A DNA stretch of 64,000 bases from Candidatus Latescibacterota bacterium (GCA_965208125.1 OZ242320.1:4608001-4672000); one strand, 5' to 3'. Shown: positions 45,588-55,643, counted from the first letter of the stretch. The notes: generated by a model from the sequence alone, not told the origin. Translations and numbers: made by a program.

Positions 45588-48383
45588 ATGGATACGATGC
45601 GCTGGCTCGTATATTTTTTTGCTTCGTTATTGTTGGGCTTATCGACTTCTGTTGCCGCTTCTGGCGAAGTCGAAGTGACGCCTGTGGCGGCAGAGAGGTT
45701 ATTTGTTCGGGAAGTGTTGCCGCTTTTGAAGACAAAGTGTTTTGCCTGTCACGGCGATGACCCTGACGATGTGCGAGCAGATCTGGATTTGAGATCGCGT
45801 GAAGGGATGCTCAAAGGCAGTGCATTTGGCCCCGTGCTCGTGCCGGGTAGTCCTGGCGAAAGCGCAATGTACATCGCCATAAAGTGGGAAGACGGAGCAC
45901 TCCAAATGCCGCCCAAAGAGAATGATCGGCTTTCGGATGCGCAGATCGAGGTGTGGCGAGAGTGGATCCTTGGGGGCGCACCATGGGTGGCTCAGGAGAA
46001 AATCCTTGAGTCTGACTCCTGGTCTGCCAAAGACGGTGTGACTGTAAAAACAAGCGGCGGACTTTCCCGAGAATGGACGGAGCGTCGGTACAAACCCGAA
46101 GATCTCTGGGCTTTTGCGCCAGTGAAACGGTATTCTGTGCCGAATATAGAGGACGTGATGGGAGAGGGCGCAGAGAATCCGGTAGATGCCTTTGTCCATC
46201 AAAGATTGCAAGACGCGGGGATCACACCGGCTGGTCGAGCCGATAAACGCACGTTGATCAGGCGCGCGACCTTTGATCTGATAGGATTGCCACCTACACC
46301 TGAGGAGATTGAGGCTTTTGTAAATGATGCGTCTAAAAAAGCTTTTGAGAAGGTTATCGATCGCTTGCTGAAGAGTCCTCATTATGGTGAGCGATGGGGG
46401 CGAAACTGGCTGGACGTTGTGCGTTATGCCGATACAGCCGGATATTCAAATGATTTTGAACGCCCCAATGCATGGCGATACCGAGACTATGTCATTCGAT
46501 CTTTCAACGCTGACAAGCCCTACAACCGGTTTGTTATTGAACAACTGGCGGGAGATGAATTTGATCCCAACAATCCCGAAATGTTGATTGCCGTCGGGTA
46601 CTTGCGGTCAGGGCCGTGGGAACAGACCGGAATGAGCGTGGCTGCTGAAACGCGTCAGCTTTTTCTCGACGATGTGACCAACAGTGTTGGTGAGACCTTT
46701 CTCTCGATTCCGTTGCGTTGTGCCAGATGTCACGACCATAAATTTGACCCCATTCCAACGCGAGACTACTATCGGATGCAGGCTGTTTTTGCACCCGTTC
46801 AGTTAGCCGAACGCGATGTGCCGTATTTGCAGGTAGAAAACCAGAACAGATTTGAAGCTGGCAGACTGCGCATTGAAAGTTTGCTTCAAAATGCAATCGA
46901 CAAACAGGCAGAGATTAGAAAAAAAGAAGAGGATGCAACACGCAAGTGGATGGAAGAAAGAGGCATGGAATATCTGTCCAAAAGGGAAAGAAGCAAATTG
47001 CCGGACGACAAACGGTTGCCCAGGTTTATTGGATTGACGCACAAAGATTTGGGTACCCAAAAAGCGCTCGCCAAACAGGTTCAGCGCTTGAGTTGGAAAA
47101 AGGATCGCTACAAACCCATTGCGCTTAGCATTTACAACGGCCCACTTGTCACACTCAGAAATGTCAAATCACGGATGGTGATGCCTGAAAATCTCGAGGG
47201 TGAACTCCAAAAAGTGCATATCCTCGGCGGGGGTTCGGTTTACGCGCCAACAGAGCCGGTTTCGCCAGGTGTAATCTCTGCTGTTTACGGCTCAAATGCC
47301 GATCTGGAACCTTCTGCGTGGAATACCATTCCCGAAACAACGAATGGGCGACGATTGGCGCTCGCAAACTGGATTGCGAACTCAAACAATCCGCTGGCGA
47401 CACGTTCGGTTGTCAACCGCATCTGGCAATGGCATTTCGGGCGTGGCATTGCTGGCAACAGCAATAACTTTGGCGTGATGGGCAAAAAACCTACGCATCC
47501 AGAATTGCTCGACTGGTTAACTTTATATTTTGTTGAGCACGGCTGGTCTTTTAAAACGATGCATCGGCTGATTATGAATTCAGAAACGTACCAGCGTGGG
47601 GAAAGGCCTCCTGATTGGAAAAAGGTGCAGAAAAAAGATCCGAGCAATGAACTGCTGTCCTATTTTTCACCGCGTCGTTTGACCGCAGAAGAATTGCGCG
47701 ATGGGATGCTGTTTGTTTCCGGTGAACTGAATTTGGAAATGGGCGGACTGCCTATTTTTCCCGAAATCAATATGGAAGTTGCCTTGCAGCCGCGCCATGT
47801 GATGGGTTCTGTTGCTCCTGCTCACCAGCCTTCGAGAGATCCGACGACGCGAAATCGGCGCACCGTTTATGCGTATCGATATCGCGGTCTGCCCGATCCA
47901 ATGCTGGAAGTATTTAACCAGCCGCCAGCAGATTTATCATGTGAACGGAGGGCAACATCTACAATTACGCCCCAGGTATTTACGCTATTTAACAGTCAAA
48001 ACAGTTATGACCGGGCTCTGGCAATGGCGCATCGGGTGGAAAAGGAAAGCGCATCTGAGGCTGACCAGATTGAGCGCGCATTTAAATCTGCCTGGGGGCG
48101 CGTGCCTACAGTGGAAGAATATCAGAAGGCGGTCAGGTATTTGGAGAAAGCAGTCTTGTATCACCGCAAAAATCCGCCCGAGATTCAAACATATGCGACA
48201 GATGTCACGCGCAGGATGTTTGAAGAGATGACTGGCGAAGCATTTGAGTTTGTCGAAAGGCTGGATGTTTATGAAGACTATGTGCCCGATCTCAAGCCAT
48301 GGGATGTGCAGGCTGAGACGCGGGCTTTGGCTGATTTATGTCTGGTATTGTTTAATTCCAACGAATTTATCTATGTGTATTGA
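45588..48383 (+). CDS. Planctomycete-type cytochrome c + DUF1549 + DUF1553 (PSCyt1/PSCyt2/PSD1) protein
   Basis: Signal peptide; CFACH and CARCH heme motifs; LIRRATFDLIGLPP, HYGERWGRNWLD, THPELLDWL, FNSNEFIYV. Confidence 0.93.
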   Translation: MDTMRWLVYFFASLLLGLSTSVAASGEVEVTPVAAERLFVREVLPLLKTKCFACHGDDPDDVRADLDLRSREGMLKGSAFGPVLVPGSPGESAMYIAIKWEDGALQMPPKENDRLSDAQIEVWREWILGGAPWVAQEKILESDSWSAKDGVTVKTSGGLSREWTERRYKPEDLWAFAPVKRYSVPNIEDVMGEGAENPVDAFVHQRLQDAGITPAGRADKRTLIRRATFDLIGLPPTPEEIEAFVNDASKKAFEKVIDRLLKSPHYGERWGRNWLDVVRYADTAGYSNDFERPNAWRYRDYVIRSFNADKPYNRFVIEQLAGDEFDPNNPEMLIAVGYLRSGPWEQTGMSVAAETRQLFLDDVTNSVGETFLSIPLRCARCHDHKFDPIPTRDYYRMQAVFAPVQLAERDVPYLQVENQNRFEAGRLRIESLLQNAIDKQAEIRKKEEDATRKWMEERGMEYLSKRERSKLPDDKRLPRFIGLTHKDLGTQKALAKQVQRLSWKKDRYKPIALSIYNGPLVTLRNVKSRMVMPENLEGELQKVHILGGGSVYAPTEPVSPGVISAVYGSNADLEPSAWNTIPETTNGRRLALANWIANSNNPLATRSVVNRIWQWHFGRGIAGNSNNFGVMGKKPTHPELLDWLTLYFVEHGWSFKTMHRLIMNSETYQRGERPPDWKKVQKKDPSNELLSYFSPRRLTAEELRDGMLFVSGELNLEMGGLPIFPEINMEVALQPRHVMGSVAPAHQPSRDPTTRNRRTVYAYRYRGLPDPMLEVFNQPPADLSCERRATSTITPQVFTLFNSQNSYDRALAMAHRVEKESASEADQIERAFKSAWGRVPTVEEYQKAVRYLEKAVLYHRKNPPEIQTYATDVTRRMFEEMTGEAFEFVERLDVYEDYVPDLKPWDVQAETRALADLCLVLFNSNEFIYVY

Positions 48384-48391
48384 GGTGTAAA

Positions 48392-49834
48392 ATGGATCCC
48401 AAACTCCAAAAACGGCTCAACTTGCTGGCAGCGCGTAACCTCAACCGGCGGGATTTTCTTTACGGGCTTGGCTCGAGTATTGGTTCTGTGGCATTGAGCC
48501 ACCTGTTGATGCAAAACAATGCCTCTGCCAGCCAATCCAATCTGCTTGCTCCCAAGCCCCAGATGGTACCTGCCAAAGCCAAATCATGCATTTTTTTAAT
48601 GATGGAAGGCGGGCCGAGCCATATTGACACATTTGATCCCAAGTCGAAACTTCAAGATCTGCATCTGACAAAGTTCGGGCGGAAGGGAAAACAGTTTTCG
48701 GCGATGGCGAGTGGAAATCGGTACTATGTACAAAGTCCGTTTAAGAGCCGAAAGGTAGGTCAGTCTGGCGCAGATATGTGCGAGCATTTTGTTCATTTGG
48801 CCGAGGTTGCCGATGAGATTTGTTTTTATCGAGGCTGCCAGGCAGAATCCGTGGATCATCCGACCGCGATGTTTCACATCAATACGGGCAACAAATTTGG
48901 TGGTGACCCGGCGATGGGATCCTGGGTGACTTATGGGTTGGGCACTGAAAATGAAAACCTGCCCGCGTTTATTGTTTTGCCCGAAGTGGCTTATCCTCAA
49001 GGGGGGGCTGCCAACTGGTCCAATGGTTTTCTACCGGCGCATTATCAGGGCACACCGCTGCGACCTACTGGATCGCCTATTTTGGATATACACCCACCAC
49101 CGCATATTAACCGCAAACATCAGAAAGAAAGCCTTTCTCTGCTCAAAGCGTTTAACAAATCCCATGCCAGACAACATCCCCAACACAACGAACTTTCGGC
49201 ACGCATGGCGAGCTATGAACTCGCCTTCCGAATGCAGATGGAAGTGCCGGGCATTATCGATGTAGATGAAGAAAGTGAAAAGGTCAAAGCGTTGTACGGT
49301 GTTGGCGAAGAAACAACCGATGCGTTTGGTCGGAAGTGTCTGTTGGCTCGAAGGCTTGTCGAACGGGGTGTGCGTTTTGTGCAAATTTATTCTGGCGGAT
49401 GGGATTCGCACGATTATCTGGCTCGCGCACACGGTTCGTTGATTCGCAGTATCGACAAGCCCATCGCTGGATTGATCACCGATCTCAAGCAGCGAGGGAT
49501 GCTGGAGGAAACATTGATTATCTGGTGCGGTGAGTTTGGGCGCAGTCCCGACAATGGTCTGCGAGGGGGTGGGGTGGCTTATGGTCGTGATCACAACCCA
49601 ACGGCGATGCCAATGTGGTTTGCTGGTGGGGGCGTGAATGCGGGACAGGTGATCGGGGCAACCGATGAGATTGGCGAAAAAGCAGTTGGTGTCGTGCATC
49701 CCATCCAGGACGTCCATGTGACGATTCTGAGACTTTTGGGGTTGGATGATAATAAGCTCACGTATTTTTACGCTGGACGATATATGCAACTGTCGCAGAC
49801 GGGTGGTAGCGTGATTGAAGAATTGATCGGGTGA
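48392..49834 (+). CDS. DUF1501 domain protein (Tat-exported, sulfatase-fold related)
   Basis: NRRDFL; GGPSHIDTFDPK, LARRLVERGVRFVQ, GEFGRSP, GRDHNP; canonical partner of DUF1553. Confidence 0.93.
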   Translation: MDPKLQKRLNLLAARNLNRRDFLYGLGSSIGSVALSHLLMQNNASASQSNLLAPKPQMVPAKAKSCIFLMMEGGPSHIDTFDPKSKLQDLHLTKFGRKGKQFSAMASGNRYYVQSPFKSRKVGQSGADMCEHFVHLAEVADEICFYRGCQAESVDHPTAMFHINTGNKFGGDPAMGSWVTYGLGTENENLPAFIVLPEVAYPQGGAANWSNGFLPAHYQGTPLRPTGSPILDIHPPPHINRKHQKESLSLLKAFNKSHARQHPQHNELSARMASYELAFRMQMEVPGIIDVDEESEKVKALYGVGEETTDAFGRKCLLARRLVERGVRFVQIYSGGWDSHDYLARAHGSLIRSIDKPIAGLITDLKQRGMLEETLIIWCGEFGRSPDNGLRGGGVAYGRDHNPTAMPMWFAGGGVNAGQVIGATDEIGEKAVGVVHPIQDVHVTILRLLGLDDNKLTYFYAGRYMQLSQTGGSVIEELIG

Positions 49835-49882
49835 ATATACATGAAAAATCTATTGGCATAATAGGTTGAGCTTAAGATCCCA

Positions 49883-49913
49883 AAAAGGCTGCGAAATAAT
49901 TTCGCAGCCTTTT
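49883..49913. terminator. Bidirectional Rho-independent terminator
   Basis: AAAAGGCTGCGAAA-TAA-TTTCGCAGCCTTTT between convergent transcription units. Confidence 0.88.
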
Positions 49914-49939
49914 AAATTTTTTAAAAACATTGTGTTTTG

Positions 49940-49970
49940 TGGTCCCAGTGGCAGGACTTGAACCTGCGAC
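49940..49970 (-). other. tRNA 3' fragment (T-arm + acceptor 3' strand + CCA); candidate att site
   Basis: Minus strand GTC-GCAGG-TTCAAGT-CCTGC-CACTGGG-A-CCA; exact tRNA 3' geometry; D and anticodon arms absent. Confidence 0.8.
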
Positions 49971-49976
49971 TCTATT

Positions 49977-50816
49977 TTACCAACGCCTCTTCAGCGCATC
50001 GTGAACACTGACCTCCAGGTGAGGACCGAATCCCTCGACCTCCAATCGGACCACGAAGCCATCCTGAATCGGTGATAGAGCTTCGTGATGGGTGCCGGTT
50101 GCAACAACATCCCCTGGCTCAAGGGTGATGACGCTGGTGACTTCCTCCAGCAACTCGGGAATGTGGCGGGCCATATCGCCTGTAGAAAAATCGTGTTTGA
50201 GGGCGTTGTTGACCCATAGCTTCACCGAAAGGGCATTTGGATTTGATACCTCATCGGCAGTCACCAGAGCCGGTCCGAGGGGGGCAAATGTGTGCCAGCT
50301 TTTTCCCAGGAAGAAGCCACCGGGCAATCCGCGAGCCGAGACATCTATGAACTGTGTGTAGCCAAAGACATGGTCTAACGCATTGGCTTGCGAGAGGTGG
50401 CTGGCTCTCTTGCCGATCACCAGAGCCAACTCTGGCTCAAAATGGAAAACACTCGCTTCGGCGTCCGGAAGTTCAACAGTACTGCCGGTAGGCATTACGC
50501 TGGTGTTGGCCTTTAGAAAGCCATTGAACAGATCACGCTCCGGGTGGCTCGGCTCGATATAATTGCCAGCAGCACACATGAGTTGACCGGGGCGGGGCAG
50601 GGGCGATTGCAAAGTCACTGCATCGAGGGCGATACTATTCCCTCCTTCTGCGGCACTTTCGATCCTGGACTGTATGGCATCCCAATCAGTAATGATCATC
50701 TGCATCATTTCTTGAGCGTTGTGATGCCCCAGGTCTGCGACTGAATTACCAACTGGGACGACTGTATCGCCCTGCAAAACACCCAGTTGAAAGTCATTGT
50801 AGAGTACGAGTTTCAT
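49977..50816 (-). CDS. Fumarylacetoacetate hydrolase family protein
   Basis: AGGAGG RBS; AAGNY, HFEPEL, DVSAR, GKSWHTF, LEPGDVVATGT. Confidence 0.92.
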   Translation of the reverse strand: MKLVLYNDFQLGVLQGDTVVPVGNSVADLGHHNAQEMMQMIITDWDAIQSRIESAAEGGNSIALDAVTLQSPLPRPGQLMCAAGNYIEPSHPERDLFNGFLKANTSVMPTGSTVELPDAEASVFHFEPELALVIGKRASHLSQANALDHVFGYTQFIDVSARGLPGGFFLGKSWHTFAPLGPALVTADEVSNPNALSVKLWVNNALKHDFSTGDMARHIPELLEEVTSVITLEPGDVVATGTHHEALSPIQDGFVVRLEVEGFGPHLEVSVHDALKRRW

Positions 50817-51046
50817 GAAAGTTTCCTCCTGAAAAAATAATGTTAATGAAGATCCTTTTCTGGGAATTCATCTCGTTTAAGCTGAGCCAATATAAGACAT
50901 TTTCTCGGGGATTGAAAATCTGAATGATGGCTTGCGATTTCTTTCATAGGTACTATATTGAGAGGCCACACCAATTTTCAAACTCACGACGAAGGGCATG
51001 CCTACTTTCAAGAGCTGATTGAAAACGCCATTGTTGAGGATTAATT

Positions 51047-52720
51047 GTGATGCAAAAACTACCTGCCAATTTGATTTTTATTTTAAGCGACACACATCGT
51101 TATGATGCTATGTCGTTTACAAACCCCTTAAAGGATCATTTTGAAATTTATACGCCTAATATGGAGCGTATGGCGCAAGAAGGGGTTAGCTTTAGAAATT
51201 GTTATACAAATTTGCCCATCTGCTCGCCTGCAAGGGCGATCTATCAAACGGGTCGATGGCCCTTTCAATGGGGCGGAATTGCGAATCATATGGATTTGAA
51301 TGATCGAGTAGATGAAGAGGGTAATGAAAATAAGACTCTGGGATTTTTGTTTAAGAATGCGGGATATTCAACTTTTCATGTTGGGAAATGGCATCAGGGT
51401 TTAGAGAACAATGCTCAAAATGCGGGATATGATGAATCGTATATATGGTCAAATGAGAGACATGACAGCATGATATATTGCCATAATGGCGGTGATTTTC
51501 ATGACCTGGATCCAGGTGATATTTTAGGGGATGGGAGTGATATCCCATATACAGGCGTTTCGAAATGCGATACATTTTCTCTTCCGGCTTTCCCAAACCA
51601 TCCGTATAAGATAATTGGTCAAACCGATCAAGCCCTCGCTTTACTGGACAGGCATGACACTGATGCGTCTCCTTTTTTTCTAACGCTTTGTATGCAGGAT
51701 CCGCATGGTCCATTTACAGGAACAGATAGCGCGCCGGAGTGGGGAGATTTTTCACATCGTTCTGACTATCCGGAATTGTATCGACATGATGAAAATCATC
51801 CTGCAAAAGCCTTGAAGCCCTATCAGAGCTACATAGACAACCCCGTTTATATGCCATATGACTGCATCCATAACGCGATCAATAACTATGACTATTATGG
51901 CAGTATTACTGCGGTGGATGAGCAATTGGGGCGGGTTTTGGACTGGCTCGATAACCAGCCTGAAAGAGTTCGGGATAATACCATTGTCATCTATACGTCT
52001 GACCATGGTGCTATGGGTGGTGCTCAGAATGTTGCAGGAGGGCAAAAGAGATGGCCGCATGACCCTTCATCGAGAATACCATTTCTCGTGCGTTGGCATA
52101 AGGGTATTGAAACTCCTGGGCGGGAAGCGGATGAGCTCCTCTCATTCATTGATTTCTTTCCGACCTTTTGTCATTTGGCGGGATTAGACGAAATGTTGGC
52201 AGAAAAAAGTGATAGAGAAAGCCTGGAGTCTTTAAGCTACTTAAGAGCCAGTCCTGGTGTGGATCACAGTAGAAATATTATGGAAGAATCAGGCGGACCT
52301 GACCCTGATTCTGTATTTTTATTTCATTTTTCCAATATGAATTCAATCTCGAGTCCTTGTCCCATTCATCGAACCGTTGTGACAAAGGACTGGGTCTATA
52401 GTGTCAAGGGAAAAACACGTCTGGGAGGAAAACCGAATTGGACAGTGTGGGACGAACCCGGCGGTTGGCTGTACGACCGAGACAAAGATCCGTTTCAGAT
52501 GGACAATTTGTTTTTTGATGAAAATTTTGAAGCCACTCGTACAGAGCTTCATTCTGTATTAAAAAACTGGATGAAAGAAGCAGAACTCCCATTTAGAAAA
52601 AGGTGGTTTGAGAAAACGACCCGCAAAAATATCGAAGCGTGGTCATCTGAATGTGGTATTCTCTCTGGAGACGAAAAAGCGATGAGAGCACAGGGCCAAT
52701 CGTATGTCATGAATTTATGA
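51047..52720 (+). CDS. Cys-type sulfatase (divergent, AT-richer)
   Basis: NLIFILSDTHR, CSPAR, GKWH, SDHG, LYDRDKDPFQMDNL. Confidence 0.9.
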   Translation: MMQKLPANLIFILSDTHRYDAMSFTNPLKDHFEIYTPNMERMAQEGVSFRNCYTNLPICSPARAIYQTGRWPFQWGGIANHMDLNDRVDEEGNENKTLGFLFKNAGYSTFHVGKWHQGLENNAQNAGYDESYIWSNERHDSMIYCHNGGDFHDLDPGDILGDGSDIPYTGVSKCDTFSLPAFPNHPYKIIGQTDQALALLDRHDTDASPFFLTLCMQDPHGPFTGTDSAPEWGDFSHRSDYPELYRHDENHPAKALKPYQSYIDNPVYMPYDCIHNAINNYDYYGSITAVDEQLGRVLDWLDNQPERVRDNTIVIYTSDHGAMGGAQNVAGGQKRWPHDPSSRIPFLVRWHKGIETPGREADELLSFIDFFPTFCHLAGLDEMLAEKSDRESLESLSYLRASPGVDHSRNIMEESGGPDPDSVFLFHFSNMNSISSPCPIHRTVVTKDWVYSVKGKTRLGGKPNWTVWDEPGGWLYDRDKDPFQMDNLFFDENFEATRTELHSVLKNWMKEAELPFRKRWFEKTTRKNIEAWSSECGILSGDEKAMRAQGQSYVMNL

Positions 52721-52757
52721 AAGCGATGTTCCTGTAATTTTTTTAAGCTGATTTCCC

Positions 52758-52813
52758 TTGATAAAGAAACGATCGATTCATAGAAGTCTTGGCAAAGAAA
52801 CGACCGTTTCTTT
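52758..52813 (+). promoter_or_regulatory. Putative operator pair in the fic promoter
   Basis: AAAGAAACG-AC-CGTTTCTTT perfect inverted repeat (52794-52813) plus degenerate copy AAAGAAACG-AT-CGATTCATA (52763-52782) next to TTGATA. Confidence 0.6.
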
Positions 52814-52846
52814 AATTCTGGATCAGGAAAGGAGTGTTTCTCAGAC

Positions 52847-54004
52847 ATGATTCGCCAGACAGGTCAATACCGCATTACCAGCACTCTCGGAGAGAAGGTT
52901 CGCGCGTTCGTTCCTTATCCGCTACCTCCTGCCGATCCACCGCTGGTGATAGATGACCTGACAGCCGAACTCCTTACAAACGCGCAGACAGAATTGGCAC
53001 GTCTTGCAGTGGCGGGTTCTATGGTACCGAGCACTGGTTGGTTCCTGTATGGCTTCGTTTGGAAGGAAGCGGTCATTACCTCGCAGATAGAAGGGACGCA
53101 AGCCACTCTCCGCGATGTTCTCACTTTCGAAGCCACGGATCAGACAGATCGTCTGGACGATGTTCGAGAGGTCTGCAACTATGTGGATGCCCTCGTACAC
53201 GCCCGAGGACAACTTTCAGACCCTCAGGGGCTGCCGCTGAGTATTCGTCTGCTATGCGATACCCATCGCATTCTGATGCGCGGCGTTCGTGGCGAGAACA
53301 AACAGCCCGGTGAAGTCCGCCGATCGCAAAACTGGATTGGCGGTAGCAGACCTGGCAACGCTCGCTTCGTTCCGCCACCGCCCGAGGAGGTTTCCACCGC
53401 GCTTGGAGCACTGGAGCAGTGGTTGCATGAAGATAGTGAACTCCCCCCGCTGATTCGGATTGGGTTTGCACATGTGCAGTTCGAGACAATCCATCCATTC
53501 CTTGATGGCAATGGCCGCATCGGACGGCTGCTGATTGCACTGCTGGTGGAACACTGGGATCTGCTCGAACAGCCGCTACTCTATCTCAGCCTGGCGTTCA
53601 AGCGTGCGCAGCAGGAATACTACGCGCGGCTTGCGGCCGTGCGTAGCAACGGTGATTGGGAAGGCTGGACCAGGTTTTTCCTTGGGTGCGTGCGCGAGGC
53701 CGCTGCCGACGGTGTTCGTGTCGCGCAGTCGCTCCATGCCCTTGTTGGGCGTGACCGCAGTCGCATCATCGCCCACGACCGATCGACTGTTGCCGCTATT
53801 CAGTTGCTCGAGCGCCTGCCGTTCAATCCAATCGTCACCGTTCCCAAAGCGTCGGGACTGCTCGGCTTGACCGCACCACCGACGCGCAAGGCAATTGAAC
53901 TGCTGGAAAGCCTCGGTGTGCTACGCGAGATCACTGGCAAGCGGCGTGATCGTGTGTACGCCTATCACGAATACCTACAAATTCTGACGGGTGGCGAGGC
54001 GTGA
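52847..54004 (+). CDS. fic: Fic family protein adenylyltransferase, with N-terminal inhibitory helix and C-terminal HTH
   Basis: HPFLDGNGRIGR motif; TSQIEG inhibitory motif; C-terminal LESLGVLREITG.KRR.RVY winged HTH. Confidence 0.92.
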   Translation: MIRQTGQYRITSTLGEKVRAFVPYPLPPADPPLVIDDLTAELLTNAQTELARLAVAGSMVPSTGWFLYGFVWKEAVITSQIEGTQATLRDVLTFEATDQTDRLDDVREVCNYVDALVHARGQLSDPQGLPLSIRLLCDTHRILMRGVRGENKQPGEVRRSQNWIGGSRPGNARFVPPPPEEVSTALGALEQWLHEDSELPPLIRIGFAHVQFETIHPFLDGNGRIGRLLIALLVEHWDLLEQPLLYLSLAFKRAQQEYYARLAAVRSNGDWEGWTRFFLGCVREAAADGVRVAQSLHALVGRDRSRIIAHDRSTVAAIQLLERLPFNPIVTVPKASGLLGLTAPPTRKAIELLESLGVLREITGKRRDRVYAYHEYLQILTGGEA

Positions 54005-54036
54005 TCCAGGATACTCCGGAAAGGCTGTGTAGCGAT

Positions 54037-55608
54037 ATGAATTACGACTACATCATTATTGGCGCGGGGTCGGCCGGGTGTGCTGTTGCTGGTCGTTTGA
54101 GTGAAAGTAGGCAGTATCGCGTTTTATTGTTGGAAGCGGGTGGTCCGGATGATCGAGACGCGATTCACATTCCTGCGCGATTTCCAGACTTGTTTCATAC
54201 AGATAAAGATTGGGATTATGAAACCACGCCGCAAGCCGGATTTAATGGGCGGCGGGATTACGTGCCGCGCGGCAAAATGTATGGCGGTTCAAGTTCTATC
54301 AATGCGATGGTCTATCAGCGAGGTCATCCGAGCAATTACGATCAGTGGGCTGCGATGGGGAATGACGGCTGGGCGTATGTCGATGTGTTGCCCTATTTCA
54401 AGAAGATGCAGCACCAGACGCGGGGAGGCTCTGAATATCACGGGACAGGAGGCCCGATTCATGTATCAGACCCTCGGGATCCAAATCCATTGAGTGTGGC
54501 TTTTGTCGAAGCGGCCCAGCAGGTGGGGTTCCGGCTGAATCGAGACTTCAATGATGGGGATCAGGAAGGATTCGGCCTGTATCAGGTCACACAGAAGGAG
54601 GGCCAGAGGTGCAGCGCAGCGGTGGGGTATTTGCATCTGGCATTGGAACGAGACAACTTCACCGCGATTCCGTACGCCCATGTTACACGCCTTGAATTCG
54701 ATGGCAACAACAGGTGTGTTGGCGTTCATTATATGCACGAAGGGAAGGCGCATGAGGTTGAGGCTGGTAGAGAAGTGGTACTTTGTGGCGGGGCAATCAA
54801 TTCGCCTCAGTTGCTGATGCTGTCGGGCATTGGTCCGCCAGAACATCTCAATGAACTGGGTATTCCGGTTGGGATGGCATTGCCTGGTGTGGGGCAAAAT
54901 TTGATGGAGCACGTTCAGGTTGGGATGGCGTATGCCTGTACTGAGGAGATTGCGCAGGCTGGTAAAGATAATCCTGAGCAAGCGATCAGATATCAGAATG
55001 AAAGAATGGGATTGCTCACTTCCAATTTGGGGGAAGCGGGTGGGTTCGTGAAATTGTCTGCCGATGCGTCCGCGCCAGAATTGCAATTTCATTTTGGACC
55101 TGATTGGTTTGTTTTGCACGGGTCTCAAGAGATGGAAGGGCATGGATTCACAATTCTACCGGGGCTGGTGGGGACAAAAAGTGTAGGAGACCTTAAGCTG
55201 CGTTCGGCAGATCCGTTTGATGCACCATTGATCGATCCTCAATGCCTGGTTGAGGAGGCCGACGTGCGCGTGATGCTGGAAGGTGTTAAACTGGCGCGAA
55301 AAATTGTACATGCACAAGCTTTTGACCGATATCGTGGACAAGAGTTTTTGCCGGGGGATGATGTGCAGGATGATCAGGCATTGGTTGACTTTATTCGCAA
55401 TTATTCAACGACTATTTATCACCCGGTGGGTACGTGTAAGATGGGCAACGATGATATGGCTGTGGTGAACAATCGACTTCAGGTATATGGAATTGAGAAT
55501 TTGCGCGTAGCAGATGCTTCGATTATGCCATTTATTATCAATGCAAATACCAACGCGCCGTGCATGATGATCGGGGAGAAAGCCGCAGATATGATTCTGC
55601 GTGGCTAA
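54037..55608 (+). CDS. GMC oxidoreductase (choline/alcohol dehydrogenase-like)
   Basis: YDYIIIGAGSAG, PRGK.YGGSSSIN, SPQLLMLSGIG, YHPVGT, NTNAP. Confidence 0.93.
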   Translation: MNYDYIIIGAGSAGCAVAGRLSESRQYRVLLLEAGGPDDRDAIHIPARFPDLFHTDKDWDYETTPQAGFNGRRDYVPRGKMYGGSSSINAMVYQRGHPSNYDQWAAMGNDGWAYVDVLPYFKKMQHQTRGGSEYHGTGGPIHVSDPRDPNPLSVAFVEAAQQVGFRLNRDFNDGDQEGFGLYQVTQKEGQRCSAAVGYLHLALERDNFTAIPYAHVTRLEFDGNNRCVGVHYMHEGKAHEVEAGREVVLCGGAINSPQLLMLSGIGPPEHLNELGIPVGMALPGVGQNLMEHVQVGMAYACTEEIAQAGKDNPEQAIRYQNERMGLLTSNLGEAGGFVKLSADASAPELQFHFGPDWFVLHGSQEMEGHGFTILPGLVGTKSVGDLKLRSADPFDAPLIDPQCLVEEADVRVMLEGVKLARKIVHAQAFDRYRGQEFLPGDDVQDDQALVDFIRNYSTTIYHPVGTCKMGNDDMAVVNNRLQVYGIENLRVADASIMPFIINANTNAPCMMIGEKAADMILRG

Positions 55609-55643
55609 ATTCACTACACACGTTTAGAAATGAAGGGATTTAC

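Noticed and set aside
49940-50015. Possible intact tRNA gene
   Set aside because: The 5' half would fall inside the FAH coding sequence; no D or anticodon arm and no matching acceptor 5' strand
50952-51044. Short open stretch ending ...HDEGHAYFQELIENAIVED*; similar stretches at about 26692, 27660 and 31372
   Set aside because: May be further gene remnants, but no family is recognisable, so they are not called
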